Positions 9,635-21,595 are shown, counted from the first letter of the stretch. The stretch: 64,000 nucleotides of DNA from an uncultured Fuscovulum sp. (GCA_964386345.1 CAYLSD010000019.1:9802-73801); one strand, 5' to 3'. Made by a program: numbers and translations. Notes: generated by a model not told the origin, from the letters alone.

Positions 9635-10578
9635 ACGGCGCCCCGCATCTGGCCCTGCTGCTTGGCGGCGTGGCGGGCATCCTGGTGCTGGCCACGCTGA
9701 TCGGGCAGGTGCTGCGCGCCCGGCTCGACCCGCAGGGCACCAACCCGGCGATCGAGAACCTGAACGCCCGCATCGCCGCCTGGTGGGGGATGGTGGCGCT
9801 GCTGTCCGTCGCCTTCCTGGCCGGGCGGGCGGGGGTGGTCCTGCTTTTCGCGCTGCTTTCCTTCGCCGCATTGCGCGAGTTCCTTTCCCTGACCTCGAAG
9901 CACGCGGCCGACCATTGGTCTCTGGCCGCCGGGTTCTTCGTCATCCTGCCGCTGCAATACTGGCTGATCTGGATCGACTGGTACGGGCTTTATTCCGTCT
10001 TCGTGCCGGTCTATGCTTTCCTGCTGCTGCCGGTCGTCTCGGCACTGCACGGCAACACGAAGCATTTCCTCGTCCGCGTCGCGGAAACCCAATGGGCGCT
10101 GATGATCTGCATCTTCTGCATCAGCCATGTGCCCGCATTGTTGACCCTGCAGATCCCGGGGTTCGAGGGGCGCAACGTCATGCTGATCGCCTGGCTGATC
10201 TTCGTGGTGCAGCTGTCGGACGTGCTGCAATATGTCTGGGGCAAGCTGATCGGCCGCCACAAGGTCGCGCCCAACCTTTCGCCGTCCAAGACGTGGGAAG
10301 GGCTGGTCGGCGGCACGCTTTCGGCCTCGCTGATCGGCGCCTCGCTCTGGTGGATGACGCCGTTTACCCTGACGCAAGCGGCGGGCATGTGCCTTGTCAT
10401 CACCACCATGGGCTTTTTCGGCGGCCTCGTGATGTCGGCGATCAAGCGCGACAAGGGGGTGAAGGACTGGGGCCACCTGATCGCCGGGCATGGCGGCTTC
10501 ATCGACCGGCTGGATTCGGTGATCTTCGCCGCGCCGATCTTCTTCCACCTCACCCGCTACTGGTATTCCGCCGTATGA
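9631..10578 (+). CDS. Phosphatidate cytidylyltransferase (CdsA/YnbB-like)
   Basis: Polytopic; SDVLQYVWGK, SPSKTWEG, SAIKRDKGVKDWG...GHGGFIDRLDS. Confidence 0.9.
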   Translation: MNGAPHLALLLGGVAGILVLATLIGQVLRARLDPQGTNPAIENLNARIAAWWGMVALLSVAFLAGRAGVVLLFALLSFAALREFLSLTSKHAADHWSLAAGFFVILPLQYWLIWIDWYGLYSVFVPVYAFLLLPVVSALHGNTKHFLVRVAETQWALMICIFCISHVPALLTLQIPGFEGRNVMLIAWLIFVVQLSDVLQYVWGKLIGRHKVAPNLSPSKTWEGLVGGTLSASLIGASLWWMTPFTLTQAAGMCLVITTMGFFGGLVMSAIKRDKGVKDWGHLIAGHGGFIDRLDSVIFAAPIFFHLTRYWYSAV

Positions 10579-11201
10579 GCGACACGAACCGCCGCCCGCT
10601 GAATTCACGCGACAGCCGTTGGGCGAAGGCCCTTGCGACAAGGCTGGTCGAAAGCCGCATCACGCCGAACCAGATATCGCAGGCTTCGGCCGGTTTTGCG
10701 GTCCTTGGCTTCCTGCTGTTCTGGGCGGCTTCCTGCACCGGCGGTTTCCTGCAATTCCTCTGCCTGATCCTCGCCGCCGCCACGGTGCAACTGCGGCTTC
10801 TCTGCAACCTGCTCGACGGCATGGTGGCGATCGAGGGTGGCAAGTCCGCCCCCACCGGCCCGTTCTGGAACGAGGCGCCGGACCGGGCCGCAGACATCCT
10901 CTTCCTTTCCGGTGCCGGCCTTGCCGCGGGCTGTCCCGCACTCGGCCTCGCCGCCGCCGCGCTGGCCGTCGCCACCGCCTATATCCGCGAGCTTGGCCGG
11001 GCCGAGGGCTTCCCGCCCGACTTCTCCGGCCCCATGGCGAAACCGCATCGCATGGCCGCGCTGACCGTCGGCAGCGTCATCGCCGCCTTCTACGCAACCG
11101 GCTGGTCCCTGACAGTCACGCTCTGGATCATCGCCCTCGGCACCGCCGCGACGATCCTCCGCCGCAGCTTCCGCCTGCTCAAGGCCCTGAACGAGCGATA
11201 G
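10575..11201 (+). CDS. CDP-alcohol phosphatidyltransferase family (YnbA-like)
   Basis: RRPL..R, ITPNQIS, LLCNLLDGMVAIE...G..WNEAPDRAAD, SGPMAKPHRM; ATGA overlap. Confidence 0.88.
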   Translation: MSDTNRRPLNSRDSRWAKALATRLVESRITPNQISQASAGFAVLGFLLFWAASCTGGFLQFLCLILAAATVQLRLLCNLLDGMVAIEGGKSAPTGPFWNEAPDRAADILFLSGAGLAAGCPALGLAAAALAVATAYIRELGRAEGFPPDFSGPMAKPHRMAALTVGSVIAAFYATGWSLTVTLWIIALGTAATILRRSFRLLKALNER

Positions 11202-11203
11202 AA

Positions 11204-11227
11204 AAAGGGAGCCGCGAGGCCCCCTTT
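11204..11227. terminator. Intrinsic terminator between convergent genes
   Basis: AAAGGGAGCC-GCGA-GGCCCCCTTT stem (one mismatch), GNRA loop, A-run before and T-run after. Confidence 0.65.
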
Positions 11228-11274
11228 CATCTGTTCACAAATATCCCGGGGGGTGCGGGGGGCTGGCCCCCCGC
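11221..11274 (+). repeat. Intergenic repeat family B, copy 1
   Basis: CCCCTTTCATCTGTTCACAAATATCCCGGGGGGTGCGGGGGGCTGGCCCCCCGC; aligns closely with 50191-50240. Confidence 0.8.
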
Positions 11275-11278
11275 CGCC

Positions 11279-12571
11279 TCAGGCCAGCATCGAGATCGGG
11301 TTCTCCAGGCTCTCGACCACCACCTTCAGGAAGGCCGCGCCCAGGGCCCCGTCGATCACCCGGTGGTCGACCGAAAGCGTCATCGACATCACCGTCGCCA
11401 CGCCGACCGAGCCATCCGCCAGCACCACGGGCTTCTTCACCCCGGCCCCGACTGCAAGGATCGCGCCATGCGGCGGGTTGATGACGGCATCGAAATTCTC
11501 GACCCCCATCATGCCGAGGTTGGAAATGGCGAAGGACCCGCCCTGATATTCATGCGGCGCCAGCTTCTTGGTCTTGGCGCGGTTGGCCAGATCCTTCATC
11601 TCCGCCGACAGGGCCGAGAGGGTCTTCTTCTCGGCATCCTTCAGGACCGGGGTAAACAGGCCCCCCTCCACCGCCACGGCAACGGCCACGTCGGACGGCT
11701 TCAGCTTCAGGATGCGGTCGCCCGCCCAGACGGCATTGGCGTCGGGCACCGCCTGCAGGGCCAGCGCGCAGGCCTTGATGATGAAGTCGTTGACCGACAG
11801 CTTCACGCCACGCGATTCCAGCCCCTTGTTCAACTGCTCGCGGAAGGCCATCAGCGCATCCAGCCGCACCTCTCGGCGCAGGTAGAAATGCGGGATGGTC
11901 TGCTTGGCCTCGGTCAGCCGCGCGGCGATGGTGCGGCGCATGCCGTCCAGCGCGACCTCGGTGAAGTCGCGGTCGGCATACATCTTCAGCACCACCTCGG
12001 GCGACATGCCCGCCGCCGGTGCCGCGGGTTTTGCCGCCGGGGCAGGGGCCGCCGCCGCCGCGACCGGAGCCGCAGCCCCGGGCTTCGCCGCCTCGACATC
12101 GGCCCGGACGATCCGGCCATGCGGACCGGACCCCTTCACCGCGGCCAGATCCAGCCCCTTCTCCTTCGCGATCCGCCGCGCCAGAGGCGAGGCGAAGACC
12201 CGCGCCCCGCCAGCCGCAGGCACCGCTGCCGCTGCCGCAGGGGCCGCCGCCACCGGAGCCGCGGCAGCAGGCGCTGCCGCCGCCGGAGCAGCCGGAGCCG
12301 AAACCGCATCGGCGGCCGAGGCATCCTCGCCTTCCTCCAGCAGCACCGCGATGGGCGTGTTCACCTTCACCCCCGCCGAGCCCTCGGCCACGAGGATCTT
12401 CCCGACGGTCCCTTCGTCGACCGCCTCGAATTCCATCGTCGCCTTGTCGGTCTCGATCTCGGCGAGGATCTGGCCGGACTTGACCACATCGCCTTCCTTC
12501 ACCAGCCATTTGGCCAGCGTGCCTTCCTCCATCGTCGGAGAAAGCGCGGGCATCAGAATCTGCGTTGCCAT
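11279..12571 (-). CDS. pdhC: Pyruvate dehydrogenase E2, dihydrolipoamide acetyltransferase
   Basis: Lipoyl domain ETDKAT, Ala/Pro linker, [17 protein letters not shown]. Confidence 0.96.
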   Translation of the reverse strand: MATQILMPALSPTMEEGTLAKWLVKEGDVVKSGQILAEIETDKATMEFEAVDEGTVGKILVAEGSAGVKVNTPIAVLLEEGEDASAADAVSAPAAPAAAAPAAAAPVAAAPAAAAAVPAAGGARVFASPLARRIAKEKGLDLAAVKGSGPHGRIVRADVEAAKPGAAAPVAAAAAPAPAAKPAAPAAGMSPEVVLKMYADRDFTEVALDGMRRTIAARLTEAKQTIPHFYLRREVRLDALMAFREQLNKGLESRGVKLSVNDFIIKACALALQAVPDANAVWAGDRILKLKPSDVAVAVAVEGGLFTPVLKDAEKKTLSALSAEMKDLANRAKTKKLAPHEYQGGSFAISNLGMMGVENFDAVINPPHGAILAVGAGVKKPVVLADGSVGVATVMSMTLSVDHRVIDGALGAAFLKVVVESLENPISMLA

Positions 12572-12581
12572 GATCTCCCCC

Positions 12582-13961
<1,380 letters not shown>

Positions 13962-13973
13962 GGTCTTCCTCCC

Positions 13974-14960
13974 TCAGGCGTAGATATCGGTCCAGAGCTC
14001 GTCCAGCGGCGGCTCGGGGCTTTCCTTCGAGAACTCGGCCGCCTCGTTCACCAGCGCCTTGATCTCCTTGTCGATGGCCTTCAGCTCCTCGTCCGAGGCC
14101 AGCCCGCCCTGCGTCAGCAGGTCCCGCACATGTTCGATGCAGTCCTTCTCGGTCTTGATCTTCTCGACCTCTTCCCGCGTCCGGTATTTCGCCGGGTCGG
14201 ACATCGAATGCCCGCGGTAGCGGTAGGTCATCATCTCAAGGATATAGGGGCCTTTCCCGGCCCGGCAGTGCGCCACGGCCTTCTCGCCCGCCGCCTTCAC
14301 CGCCAGCACGTCCATGCCGTCGACCTGCTCGCCCGGGATGCCATAGGCCACGCCGCGGCCGTAAAGCGTTTCCGACTTGGTGGCCCGCTTCATGCTGGTG
14401 CCCATGGCATACTGGTTGTTCTCGATCACGAAGACCACCGGCAGTTCCCAGAGCTCCGCCATGTTGTAGGTCTCGTAGACCTGGCCCTGGTTCGCCGCGC
14501 CGTCGCCGAAATAGGTGAAGGTCACGTTGTCGTTGCCCAGATACTTGTCGGCGAAGGCAAGCCCCGCGCCCAGCGGCACCTGCGCGCCCACGATCCCGTG
14601 GCCGCCGTAGAAGTGGCGCTCTTTCGAGAACATGTGCATCGAGCCGCCTTTCCCCTTGGAATAGCCGCCGATGCGCCCGGTCAGTTCCGCCATCACGCCC
14701 TTGGCGTCCATGCCGCAGGCCAGCATGTGGCCGTGGTCGCGGTAAGAGGTGATCCGCTTGTCGCCTTCCTTCGAGGCCGCTTCCAGCCCGACGACCACCG
14801 CTTCCTGCCCGATATACAGGTGGCAGAAGCCGCCGATCAGGCCCATGCCGTAAAGCTGCCCGGCCTTTTCCTCGAATCGGCGGATCAGCAGCATGTCGCG
14901 GTAATATTTAAGAAGTTCGTCCTTCGAGACATTCGGTCTCGCCTCCGGCTTCTTCGCCAT
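13974..14960 (-). CDS. pdhA: Pyruvate dehydrogenase E1 alpha
   Basis: IGGFCHLYIGQEA, GKGGSMH, TPP motif GDGAANQGQ...ENN, YRYRGHSMSDP. Confidence 0.96.
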   Translation of the reverse strand: MAKKPEARPNVSKDELLKYYRDMLLIRRFEEKAGQLYGMGLIGGFCHLYIGQEAVVVGLEAASKEGDKRITSYRDHGHMLACGMDAKGVMAELTGRIGGYSKGKGGSMHMFSKERHFYGGHGIVGAQVPLGAGLAFADKYLGNDNVTFTYFGDGAANQGQVYETYNMAELWELPVVFVIENNQYAMGTSMKRATKSETLYGRGVAYGIPGEQVDGMDVLAVKAAGEKAVAHCRAGKGPYILEMMTYRYRGHSMSDPAKYRTREEVEKIKTEKDCIEHVRDLLTQGGLASDEELKAIDKEIKALVNEAAEFSKESPEPPLDELWTDIYA

Positions 14961-15171
14961 AGGCTTCTCCTCCCCGGAAAAGAAATGGTTCAACGTTAAA
15001 CTATCCATACACTAACGGGAAACGTTGAGTCAAAGCAAGACTGCCGTGCAGGATTGCATTCCGCGCAGGGGGATTTGCGCCGGAAGCAGGGCTTGGGGAT
15101 GGCCCAAACCCCGGCCGGGCGGGGATGAGCCAGCGCCTCGCCTTCTTCCGCATGGCCGGATCAGGGAAAGG

Positions 15172-15474
15172 TCAGCGGATGACGATCTCGTCCGCCCGCA
15201 TGTAGCCCAGCACCTCGCGCGCCTGCTGGTCCAGCAGGTCCAGGTCCAGATAGGCATCCGAAAGCCGGTGGGTCAGGTTCTGCACCTCGGCCAGTTCGGT
15301 GCGCAGCCGGTCGCGCTCGGCCCGCAGGGCATCGGCCTCGGCGGCGATCTGGACCCGGCGGAACACGCCATAGTCGCCCTGCACGGCGGCAAAGGTGAAA
15401 TAGGCGCCCAGCGCGAAAGCCATGGTGAAATAGATCAACCCGCCAAGGGTGCGCCGCGCCGTCTTGTTGGTCAT
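15172..15474 (-). CDS. ftsB: Septum formation initiator, FtsB/DivIC family
   Basis: One TM helix, AAVQGDYG, coiled coil, LDLDLLDQQAREVLGY. Confidence 0.85.
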   Translation of the reverse strand: MTNKTARRTLGGLIYFTMAFALGAYFTFAAVQGDYGVFRRVQIAAEADALRAERDRLRTELAEVQNLTHRLSDAYLDLDLLDQQAREVLGYMRADEIVIR

Positions 15475-15556
15475 TCCTGCCGCCTCGATCCGCCCCTCTT
15501 GACCGGGGGCATGGGCGAAGATTGGCACATTATGGCAGGGATGGGAATCCCCGATC

Positions 15557-15565
15557 TGTGGACAA
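15557..15565 (-). promoter_or_regulatory. DnaA-box-like 9-mer upstream of ftsB
   Basis: TGTGGACAA = TTGTCCACA, one mismatch to TTATCCACA; same 9-mer at 32540. Confidence 0.3.
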
Positions 15566-15589
15566 ACCGAAAATTCCGGCCCGGTTCAG

Positions 15590-15619
15590 GGGGTTGCACC
15601 CGGGGCCGGGCGCAACCCC
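15590..15619. terminator. Hairpin downstream of fba, possible terminator
   Basis: GGGGTTGC-A-CCCGG-GG-CCGGG-C-GCAACCCC; no adjacent U-tract. Confidence 0.4.
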
Positions 15620-15626
15620 GCCGATG

Positions 15627-16523
15627 TCAGCCCGCGACCGAGGCCGCGTGGATCGAGCCGATGGCATCCGCCAGCAGCGCGTCGAACTCGGCATCCGTCT
15701 GCTGCGCCGAAAGGCCCTCGGTCAGCGCCCGGCTGAACGAGGCGATCATCCCCCGGTTCCGCGCAAGGATCGCATTGGCCGCCGCGCGCGAATGGCCGCC
15801 CGACAGCGCCACCACCTTCAGCACCTTCGGGTGATCGACCAGCGGCGCGTAGAAATTGTCCACCGTCGGCAGCGACAGCTTCAGCATCACCTGTTGCCCC
15901 GCAGGCAGGGCGTCCAGCCCCTTCAGCAGCGCGTCGCGCAGCATCGCCTCGGCCTCGGCCTTGTCGGGGATGGAGATCGTCACCTCGGGTTCGAGGATCG
16001 GCATCAGCCCATGCGCCAGAACCTGCGCGCCCACCGTGAACTGCTGGTCCACGATGGCCTGGATTCCCTTGGCATTGGCCGCGGAGATCACCGACCGCTC
16101 CTTGGTTCCGAACACCCCGGCCTTCGCCGCCCGGTCCAGCAGCGCATCCAGCCCCGGCATCGGCTTCATCAACTGGCAGCCATCGGCCTCGGCCTCAAGC
16201 CCCTTGTCGATCTTCAGGAAGGGCACGACATGGCGCGTGTCCCACAGATAGGTGGCGGTCGGGATGCCGTCCACGTCGCGGTCCATGGTCTGCTCGAACA
16301 GGATCGCGCCCACCACCTTGTCGCCGGTGAAGGCGGGGGACTTGATGATCCGCACCCGCATGGCGTGGATCAGGTCGAACATGCCCTTCTCATCCGACCA
16401 TGCCGTCTCGGCCACGCCGTATTGCTTCAGCGCCTTGGGGGTCGATCCGCCCGACTGGTCCAGCGCCGCGATGAAGCCCTTGCCCCCGGCGATCTGCGCG
16501 GTCATTTCCTTGTTGCCCATCAT
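15627..16523 (-). CDS. fba: Fructose-bisphosphate aldolase class I
   Basis: GFIAALDQSGGSTPKAL, VPFLKIDKGL, FGTKERS, PILEPEV, VALSGG, ASFSRAL; start 16520 or 16523. Confidence 0.92.
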   Translation of the reverse strand: MMGNKEMTAQIAGGKGFIAALDQSGGSTPKALKQYGVAETAWSDEKGMFDLIHAMRVRIIKSPAFTGDKVVGAILFEQTMDRDVDGIPTATYLWDTRHVVPFLKIDKGLEAEADGCQLMKPMPGLDALLDRAAKAGVFGTKERSVISAANAKGIQAIVDQQFTVGAQVLAHGLMPILEPEVTISIPDKAEAEAMLRDALLKGLDALPAGQQVMLKLSLPTVDNFYAPLVDHPKVLKVVALSGGHSRAAANAILARNRGMIASFSRALTEGLSAQQTDAEFDALLADAIGSIHAASVAG

Positions 16524-16601
16524 CCTCATCCCTTCGCTCTGCCCGACCGGGGCCATTCCCCCGCATAGCGGCAAGCGCTGTCGGCGGCAATTCCGGTGGC
16601 G

Positions 16602-17381
16602 CTAACGGCGGCTGAGAAACCGGCCTGCCACCCAGGCGACCATGCGACGCGGCGCAAGGCGCGGCAAGACGGTAAAGATCTTGTTGTCGATCCCGGTTAC
16701 CGCCACCCGCCGCCCCCGCTTCATCGCCGCCCAACCGGCGGCGGCCACGCGGTTGGCGCGGCCCATCGGCAGGCGCTGGATCAGCGTCTCGCCCTCAATC
16801 CCGCCTGCGCGGAAGAACCCGGTCCGCGTGGCGCCGGGGCAGAGCGCGGTGACGGTCACGCCGCTGCCCGCAAGCTCGCTGCCCACGGCCTCGGACAGGC
16901 TGAGCAGATAGGCCTTGGTCGCATGGTAGACCGCCATGCCCGGCCCGGGCATGAAGCCCGCCGCCGAGGCGACGTTGAGAATGCGCCCGCGGCCCCGTGC
17001 CGCCATCTCGACCGCGGCAGCCTTCATCAGCACGGTGGCCGACAGCACGTTGACCATCACGCTGTCGTATTCGCGCGCCCATTCCGCCGGATCGGCGAAG
17101 GACCCGCCCGCGCCGAGGCCCGCGTTGTTGACCAGCACCGCGATCTCGCGCCCGTCCGCCGTCGCCCCGGCCCAGAGTTTCTCGGCCTCGCCCTCCTGCG
17201 ACAGGTCGGCGGGCAGGACCAGCGCCTCGACGCCGAACTCTGCCGACAGCTCTGCCGCAAGCGCCTCAAGCACCGCCGCCCGGCGGGCCGAAAGCACCAG
17301 CATATGGCCATCGGCTGCCGCCAGCCGGGCGAATTCGCGCCCCAGCCCCTCCGACGCGCCGGTGATCAGGACCCAGCCCAT
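16602..17381 (-). CDS. Short-chain dehydrogenase/reductase
   Basis: TGASEGLG, VNNAG, YHATK (YxxxK), LCPGATRTGF. Confidence 0.9.
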   Translation of the reverse strand: MGWVLITGASEGLGREFARLAAADGHMLVLSARRAAVLEALAAELSAEFGVEALVLPADLSQEGEAEKLWAGATADGREIAVLVNNAGLGAGGSFADPAEWAREYDSVMVNVLSATVLMKAAAVEMAARGRGRILNVASAAGFMPGPGMAVYHATKAYLLSLSEAVGSELAGSGVTVTALCPGATRTGFFRAGGIEGETLIQRLPMGRANRVAAAGWAAMKRGRRVAVTGIDNKIFTVLPRLAPRRMVAWVAGRFLSRR

Positions 17382-17387
17382 CCGCGG

Positions 17388-18578
17388 CTACGCCATCAGC
17401 GCCTTCACCCCCGGCAGGTCCTTGCCCTCCATCCATTCGAGGAAGGCCCCCCCGGCGGTGGAGATGAAGGTGAAGTCCGCCGCCGCGCCCGCGCCGTTCA
17501 GCGCCGCCACCGTATCGCCGCCCCCGGCGACCGAGACCAGCCGCCCGGCCTGCGTCAGCCGCGCGGCCTCGGCTGCCGCGGCATTGGTCGCCATGTCGAA
17601 GGGCGGAATCTCGAAGGCGCCCAAGGGGCCGTTCCAGATCAGCGTGGCGCATTGGCCCATCACCGCCTGCAGCCGCGCCACCGTCTCGGGGCCCGCGTCG
17701 AGGATCATCGCATCTGCCGGGCAGGCGCTGGCCACCACGGTCTCCGCCGCCGCGCCCGCCTTGAACTCGCGCGCCACCACCACATCGACCGGCAGGTGGA
17801 TCCGGCAGCCGGTGGCCTTGGCCTTCTCAAGGATCTCGGCCGCCGTCCCCGCCATGTCGCGCTCGGCCAGCGACTTGCCGACCTCCAGCCCCTGCGCCAC
17901 AAGGAAGGTGTTCGCCATGCCGCCGCCGATCGCCAGATGGTCGACCTTCTCGACAAGGTTGCCCAGAAGCTCCAGCTTGGTCGAGACCTTGGCCCCGCCC
18001 ACCACCGCGATCACCGGCCGGGCCGGATTGCCGAGCGCGGCGTCCAGCGCCTTCAGCTCCGCCTCCATCAGCCGCCCGGCGGCATGGGGCAGAAGATGCG
18101 CAAGCCCCTCGGTCGAGGCATGGGCCCGGTGCGCGGCCGAGAAGGCGTCGTTGACATAGATGTCGCCAAGCGCCGCCATGGCCTTGGCCAGTTCGGGGTC
18201 GTTCTTCTCTTCGCCCGGATGGAAGCGGGTGTTTTCCAAGAGCACCACCTCCGCCGGTCCGGCCTTGGCGATGGCCTCCGCCGCCGCGTTTCCGATGCAA
18301 TCCGCGCCGAAAACCACCTTGCGGCCAAGGCTCGCCTCCAGCGCCGGAACGATGCGCGACAGGCTCATCTCCGGCACTACCTTGCCCTTCGGCCGGTCGA
18401 AATGCGCCAGCAGAACCACCTTGCCGCCGCGGGCGATGATGTCTTCCACCGTCGGCCCGATCTTGTCGATGCGGGTGGTGTCGGTGACGGCATCCCCCTC
18501 CATCGGCACGTTGATGTCGACGCGCAGCAGCACCACTTTCCCGGCCATGGCGATATCGTCCAGCGTGTTCCAGCCCAT
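17388..18578 (-). CDS. pgk: Phosphoglycerate kinase
   Basis: [52 protein letters not shown]. Confidence 0.97.
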   Translation of the reverse strand: MGWNTLDDIAMAGKVVLLRVDINVPMEGDAVTDTTRIDKIGPTVEDIIARGGKVVLLAHFDRPKGKVVPEMSLSRIVPALEASLGRKVVFGADCIGNAAAEAIAKAGPAEVVLLENTRFHPGEEKNDPELAKAMAALGDIYVNDAFSAAHRAHASTEGLAHLLPHAAGRLMEAELKALDAALGNPARPVIAVVGGAKVSTKLELLGNLVEKVDHLAIGGGMANTFLVAQGLEVGKSLAERDMAGTAAEILEKAKATGCRIHLPVDVVVAREFKAGAAAETVVASACPADAMILDAGPETVARLQAVMGQCATLIWNGPLGAFEIPPFDMATNAAAAEAARLTQAGRLVSVAGGGDTVAALNGAGAAADFTFISTAGGAFLEWMEGKDLPGVKALMA

Positions 18579-18717
18579 CGTCGCATCCTCCTGTTCCGTC
18601 AGGCGCGCAGGTTTGTCGAAGCCGCCTGCCCGCGTCAACCGATCACGGGCTTTTGCCCTTCCCCTTGCGGCATCCCGCCGCTACCTTCGCCGCCGACCTG
18701 ACATGAGGAGACGGCGC

Positions 18718-19230
18718 ATGGCCGAGATCAAGGACCCCGAGAACACCATCATCATGACGCTGAAGGACGGCGAGGTGGTGATCCAGCTTCTGCCCGACGT
18801 AGCGCCGAAACATGTCGAGCGGATGAAGCAGCTTGCCCGCGACAAGGCCTATGACGGCGTGGCCTTCCACCGGGTGATCGACGGCTTCATGGCCCAGACC
18901 GGCGATGTCGAGAATGCCAACATGGACAGCCCGAACTACAACCCGCGCCGGGCGGGGACGGGCGGGTCGAAATATCCCGACCTTCCCGCCGAATTCTCCA
19001 AGGTGCCGCATGCCCGCGGGTCGCTCGGGGCGGCGCGGTCGCAGAACCCCAACTCGGCCAACAGCCAGTTCTTCATCAACTTCGGCGAGAACAGCTTCCT
19101 CAACGGCCAGTATACCGTCTACGGCCAGGTGATCTCGGGCATGGAGCATGTCGACAAGATCACCCGCGGCGAGCCTCCGGCCAACCCCGACCGCATGATC
19201 ACCGTCCGGGTGGCCGCCGATGTTGCGTAG
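18718..19230 (+). CDS. Cyclophilin-type peptidyl-prolyl isomerase (cytoplasmic)
   Basis: YDGVAFHRVIDGFMAQTGD, NSANSQFFI, YTVYGQVISGME; GAGGAG RBS. Confidence 0.93.
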   Translation: MAEIKDPENTIIMTLKDGEVVIQLLPDVAPKHVERMKQLARDKAYDGVAFHRVIDGFMAQTGDVENANMDSPNYNPRRAGTGGSKYPDLPAEFSKVPHARGSLGAARSQNPNSANSQFFINFGENSFLNGQYTVYGQVISGMEHVDKITRGEPPANPDRMITVRVAADVA

Positions 19231-19777
19231 GCTGATTCTCGCCGCCGCGCTTCTGGCGTCCCCGGCGCTGGCCCAGACCCCGCCCGACGGCCCCGGCCCC
19301 AATCTGGTGATCGAGGTGACGGGGGCGGCGAACGGCACCGTGGTCATCGACATGCTGCCGGACTATGCGCCGAAACATGTGGCGCAGATGGTGGCGCTGG
19401 CCAAGGCGGGGGCCTATGACGGCGTGGTCTTCCACCGCGTCATCGACGGCTTCATGGCCCAGACCGGCGACGTGCAATACGGCAAGGCAGGCGGCGGCCT
19501 GTCGATGGCGGGGATGGGCGGCAGCGACCTGCCCGACCTCCCGGCCGAGTTCTCCAACGTCTCGTTCCAGCGCGGCATCGTCGGCATGGCGCGCTCGAAC
19601 GACCCGAACTCGGCCAACAGCCAGTTCTTCATCATGTTCTCCCCGGCGCCGCATCTGGACGGGAAATATACCGTCGTCGGCCATGTGGTGCAGGGCATGG
19701 AGGTGGTGGACGCCATCGCCAAGGGCGAGCCGCCCTCGACGCCCGATGTGATGAGCAAGGTCACCGTTCAGGAGTGA
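19220..19777 (+). CDS. Cyclophilin-type peptidyl-prolyl isomerase with signal peptide
   Basis: MLRRLILAAALLASPALA; FHRVIDGFMAQTGD, SANSQFFI, HLDGKYTVVG. Confidence 0.93.
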   Translation: MLRRLILAAALLASPALAQTPPDGPGPNLVIEVTGAANGTVVIDMLPDYAPKHVAQMVALAKAGAYDGVVFHRVIDGFMAQTGDVQYGKAGGGLSMAGMGGSDLPDLPAEFSNVSFQRGIVGMARSNDPNSANSQFFIMFSPAPHLDGKYTVVGHVVQGMEVVDAIAKGEPPSTPDVMSKVTVQE

Positions 19778-19780
19778 CGC

Positions 19781-19807
19781 GAAAGAGGCCCTTCGGGGCC
19801 TCTTTTC
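19781..19807. terminator. Bidirectional intrinsic terminator
   Basis: GAAAGAGGCCC-TTCG-GGGCCTCTTTTC between convergent genes. Confidence 0.85.
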
Positions 19808-20300
19808 ATTCGGCGCAGCCGTGCAGGCGGAACTGGTCCCAGGGGTCTTCGCCCGGCCCGTCGAACACCGCATAGCGCAGCTTGCGGCCAAGGTCGGTCA
19901 GGATCAGGCTTTCCGGCGCCTTGTCCTCAGACTGGGGCAGGGGGCTGACTGTGCCGTCCTGCAAGGCATAGACCACGCCCTCCCAGGCCAGACATTCCGC
20001 CGCCGCCTCTTCCGACAGCGGCATGTCGTCCGGTCCCGGCCGGTCGCAGCCGAAGAACAGCTGCCCGGTATCGCGGCTGGTGCCCATGTTCTGGCCGATC
20101 CGGCCCCAGAGCACCCGGCCATCGTTCAGTGCAAGCTCGATGGCATAGGTCGTGCTTCCCGAACCTTCCCACGACGCCGGGGTGCGGATGCGCAATTCCG
20201 TCCTGGTTGCGGTATCGGCATAAAGCGCCAGCGTCATCGGGCAGGCCTGCGCCGCCGCCCCGATCAAAGCCAGCGCAGCGGCCAGTCCCGCGATCCGCAT
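19806..20300 (-). CDS. Hypothetical exported protein (164 aa, 4 Cys)
   Basis: Signal peptide [19 protein letters not shown]; start overlaps tyrS stop (TGATG); coding-like codon use. Confidence 0.7.
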   Translation of the reverse strand: MRIAGLAAALALIGAAAQACPMTLALYADTATRTELRIRTPASWEGSGSTTYAIELALNDGRVLWGRIGQNMGTSRDTGQLFFGCDRPGPDDMPLSEEAAAECLAWEGVVYALQDGTVSPLPQSEDKAPESLILTDLGRKLRYAVFDGPGEDPWDQFRLHGCAE

Positions 20301-21550
20301 CAGCCCAGAACCACCAGCGCATGGCGCTTCTTGCCCGCGGTCAGCTTCACCGGCTCCACCAACTCGCCCGCACCGAAGCGCAGCCCGGCGTCGGTGACGA
20401 TCTCGTCATTCACCTTCGCCCCGCCTTCGCTGATCAGCCGCTTGGCGTCCTTGCCGGACCCCGCCAGCCCGGCGCGGACCAGAAGCTGCACGATGCCCAC
20501 GCCCTCGGCCACATCCTCGGGCGTCAGCGTCACTGTGGGCAGATCGTCGCCGATCCCGCCCTTCTCGAACACCTCGCGCGCCGTGGCCCCGGCCGCCGCC
20601 GCCGCCTCTTCCCCGTGCAGCAGCGCGGTTGCCAGATTGGCTAGCGTCACCTTGGCCTCGTTGATCTCGGCCCCTTGCAGCGCGCCCAGCCAGTCGCATT
20701 CCTCGACCGGCAGTTCGGTGAAGATCTTCAGGAATCGCCCCACATCGGCATCGGTGGTGTTGCGCCAGAACTGCCAGAACTCGTAAGGCGACAGCATGTC
20801 GCCGTTCAGCCAGACCGCGCCGGAGGCCGATTTCCCCATCTTCCGCCCGTCCGAAGTGGTCAGCAGCGGCGTGGTCAGCCCGTAGATTTCCTTGTCGATC
20901 ACCCGCCGCGTCAGGTCCACCCCGTTGACGATATTGCCCCACTGGTCCGAGCCGCCCATCTGGAGCAGGCAGCCATAGCGCCGATGGATTTCAAGGAAAT
21001 CATAGGCCTGCAGGATCATGTAGTTGAATTCGAGGAAGCTCAGGCTCTGCTCGCGGTCCAGCCGCGATTTCACGCTTTCGAAGCTGAGCATCCGGTTGAC
21101 CGAGAAATGCCGCCCGATATCCCGCAGGAAATCCAGGTAGTTCAGCCCGTCCAGCCATTCGGCATTGTTCAGCATGATCGCATCGGTCGGCCCGTCGCCA
21201 TACGCCAGGTATTTGCCGAACACCTTCTTCAGCCCGGCGATGTTCTCGTCGATCTTCTCGGGCGTCAGCAGCGGCCGCTCCTCGCTGCGGAACGACGGAT
21301 CGCCCACCTTGGTCGTGCCACCGCCCATCAGCGTGATCGGCTTGTGCCCGGTCTTTTGCAGCCAGCGCAGCACCATGATGTTCATCAGGTGCCCGACATG
21401 CAGCGACGCCGCCGTGGCGTCATAGCCGATGTAGGCCGGCACCACGCCCTTGACCAAGGCCTCGTCCAGCGCCTGATAATCGGTGCAATCGGCGACGAAG
21501 CCGCGCTCGAACATCACACGCATGAAGTCGGATTTCGGATGGTAGGTCAT
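20300..21550 (-). CDS. tyrS: Tyrosine--tRNA ligase
   Basis: [15 protein letters not shown] (HIGH), [18 protein letters not shown]-terminal S4-like domain. Confidence 0.97.
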   Translation of the reverse strand: MTYHPKSDFMRVMFERGFVADCTDYQALDEALVKGVVPAYIGYDATAASLHVGHLMNIMVLRWLQKTGHKPITLMGGGTTKVGDPSFRSEERPLLTPEKIDENIAGLKKVFGKYLAYGDGPTDAIMLNNAEWLDGLNYLDFLRDIGRHFSVNRMLSFESVKSRLDREQSLSFLEFNYMILQAYDFLEIHRRYGCLLQMGGSDQWGNIVNGVDLTRRVIDKEIYGLTTPLLTTSDGRKMGKSASGAVWLNGDMLSPYEFWQFWRNTTDADVGRFLKIFTELPVEECDWLGALQGAEINEAKVTLANLATALLHGEEAAAAAGATAREVFEKGGIGDDLPTVTLTPEDVAEGVGIVQLLVRAGLAGSGKDAKRLISEGGAKVNDEIVTDAGLRFGAGELVEPVKLTAGKKRHALVVLG

Positions 21551-21595
21551 GGCTTGCCCGTGCTTTAAGGTGGGGGCGGTATAGCGGGGCAGGGG

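Noticed and set aside
18878-19635. Two identical stretches of about 28 nt shared by the tandem cyclophilin genes
   Set aside because: They encode invariant motifs (IDGFMAQTG, NSANSQFFI) under strong codon bias; too short to argue conversion.
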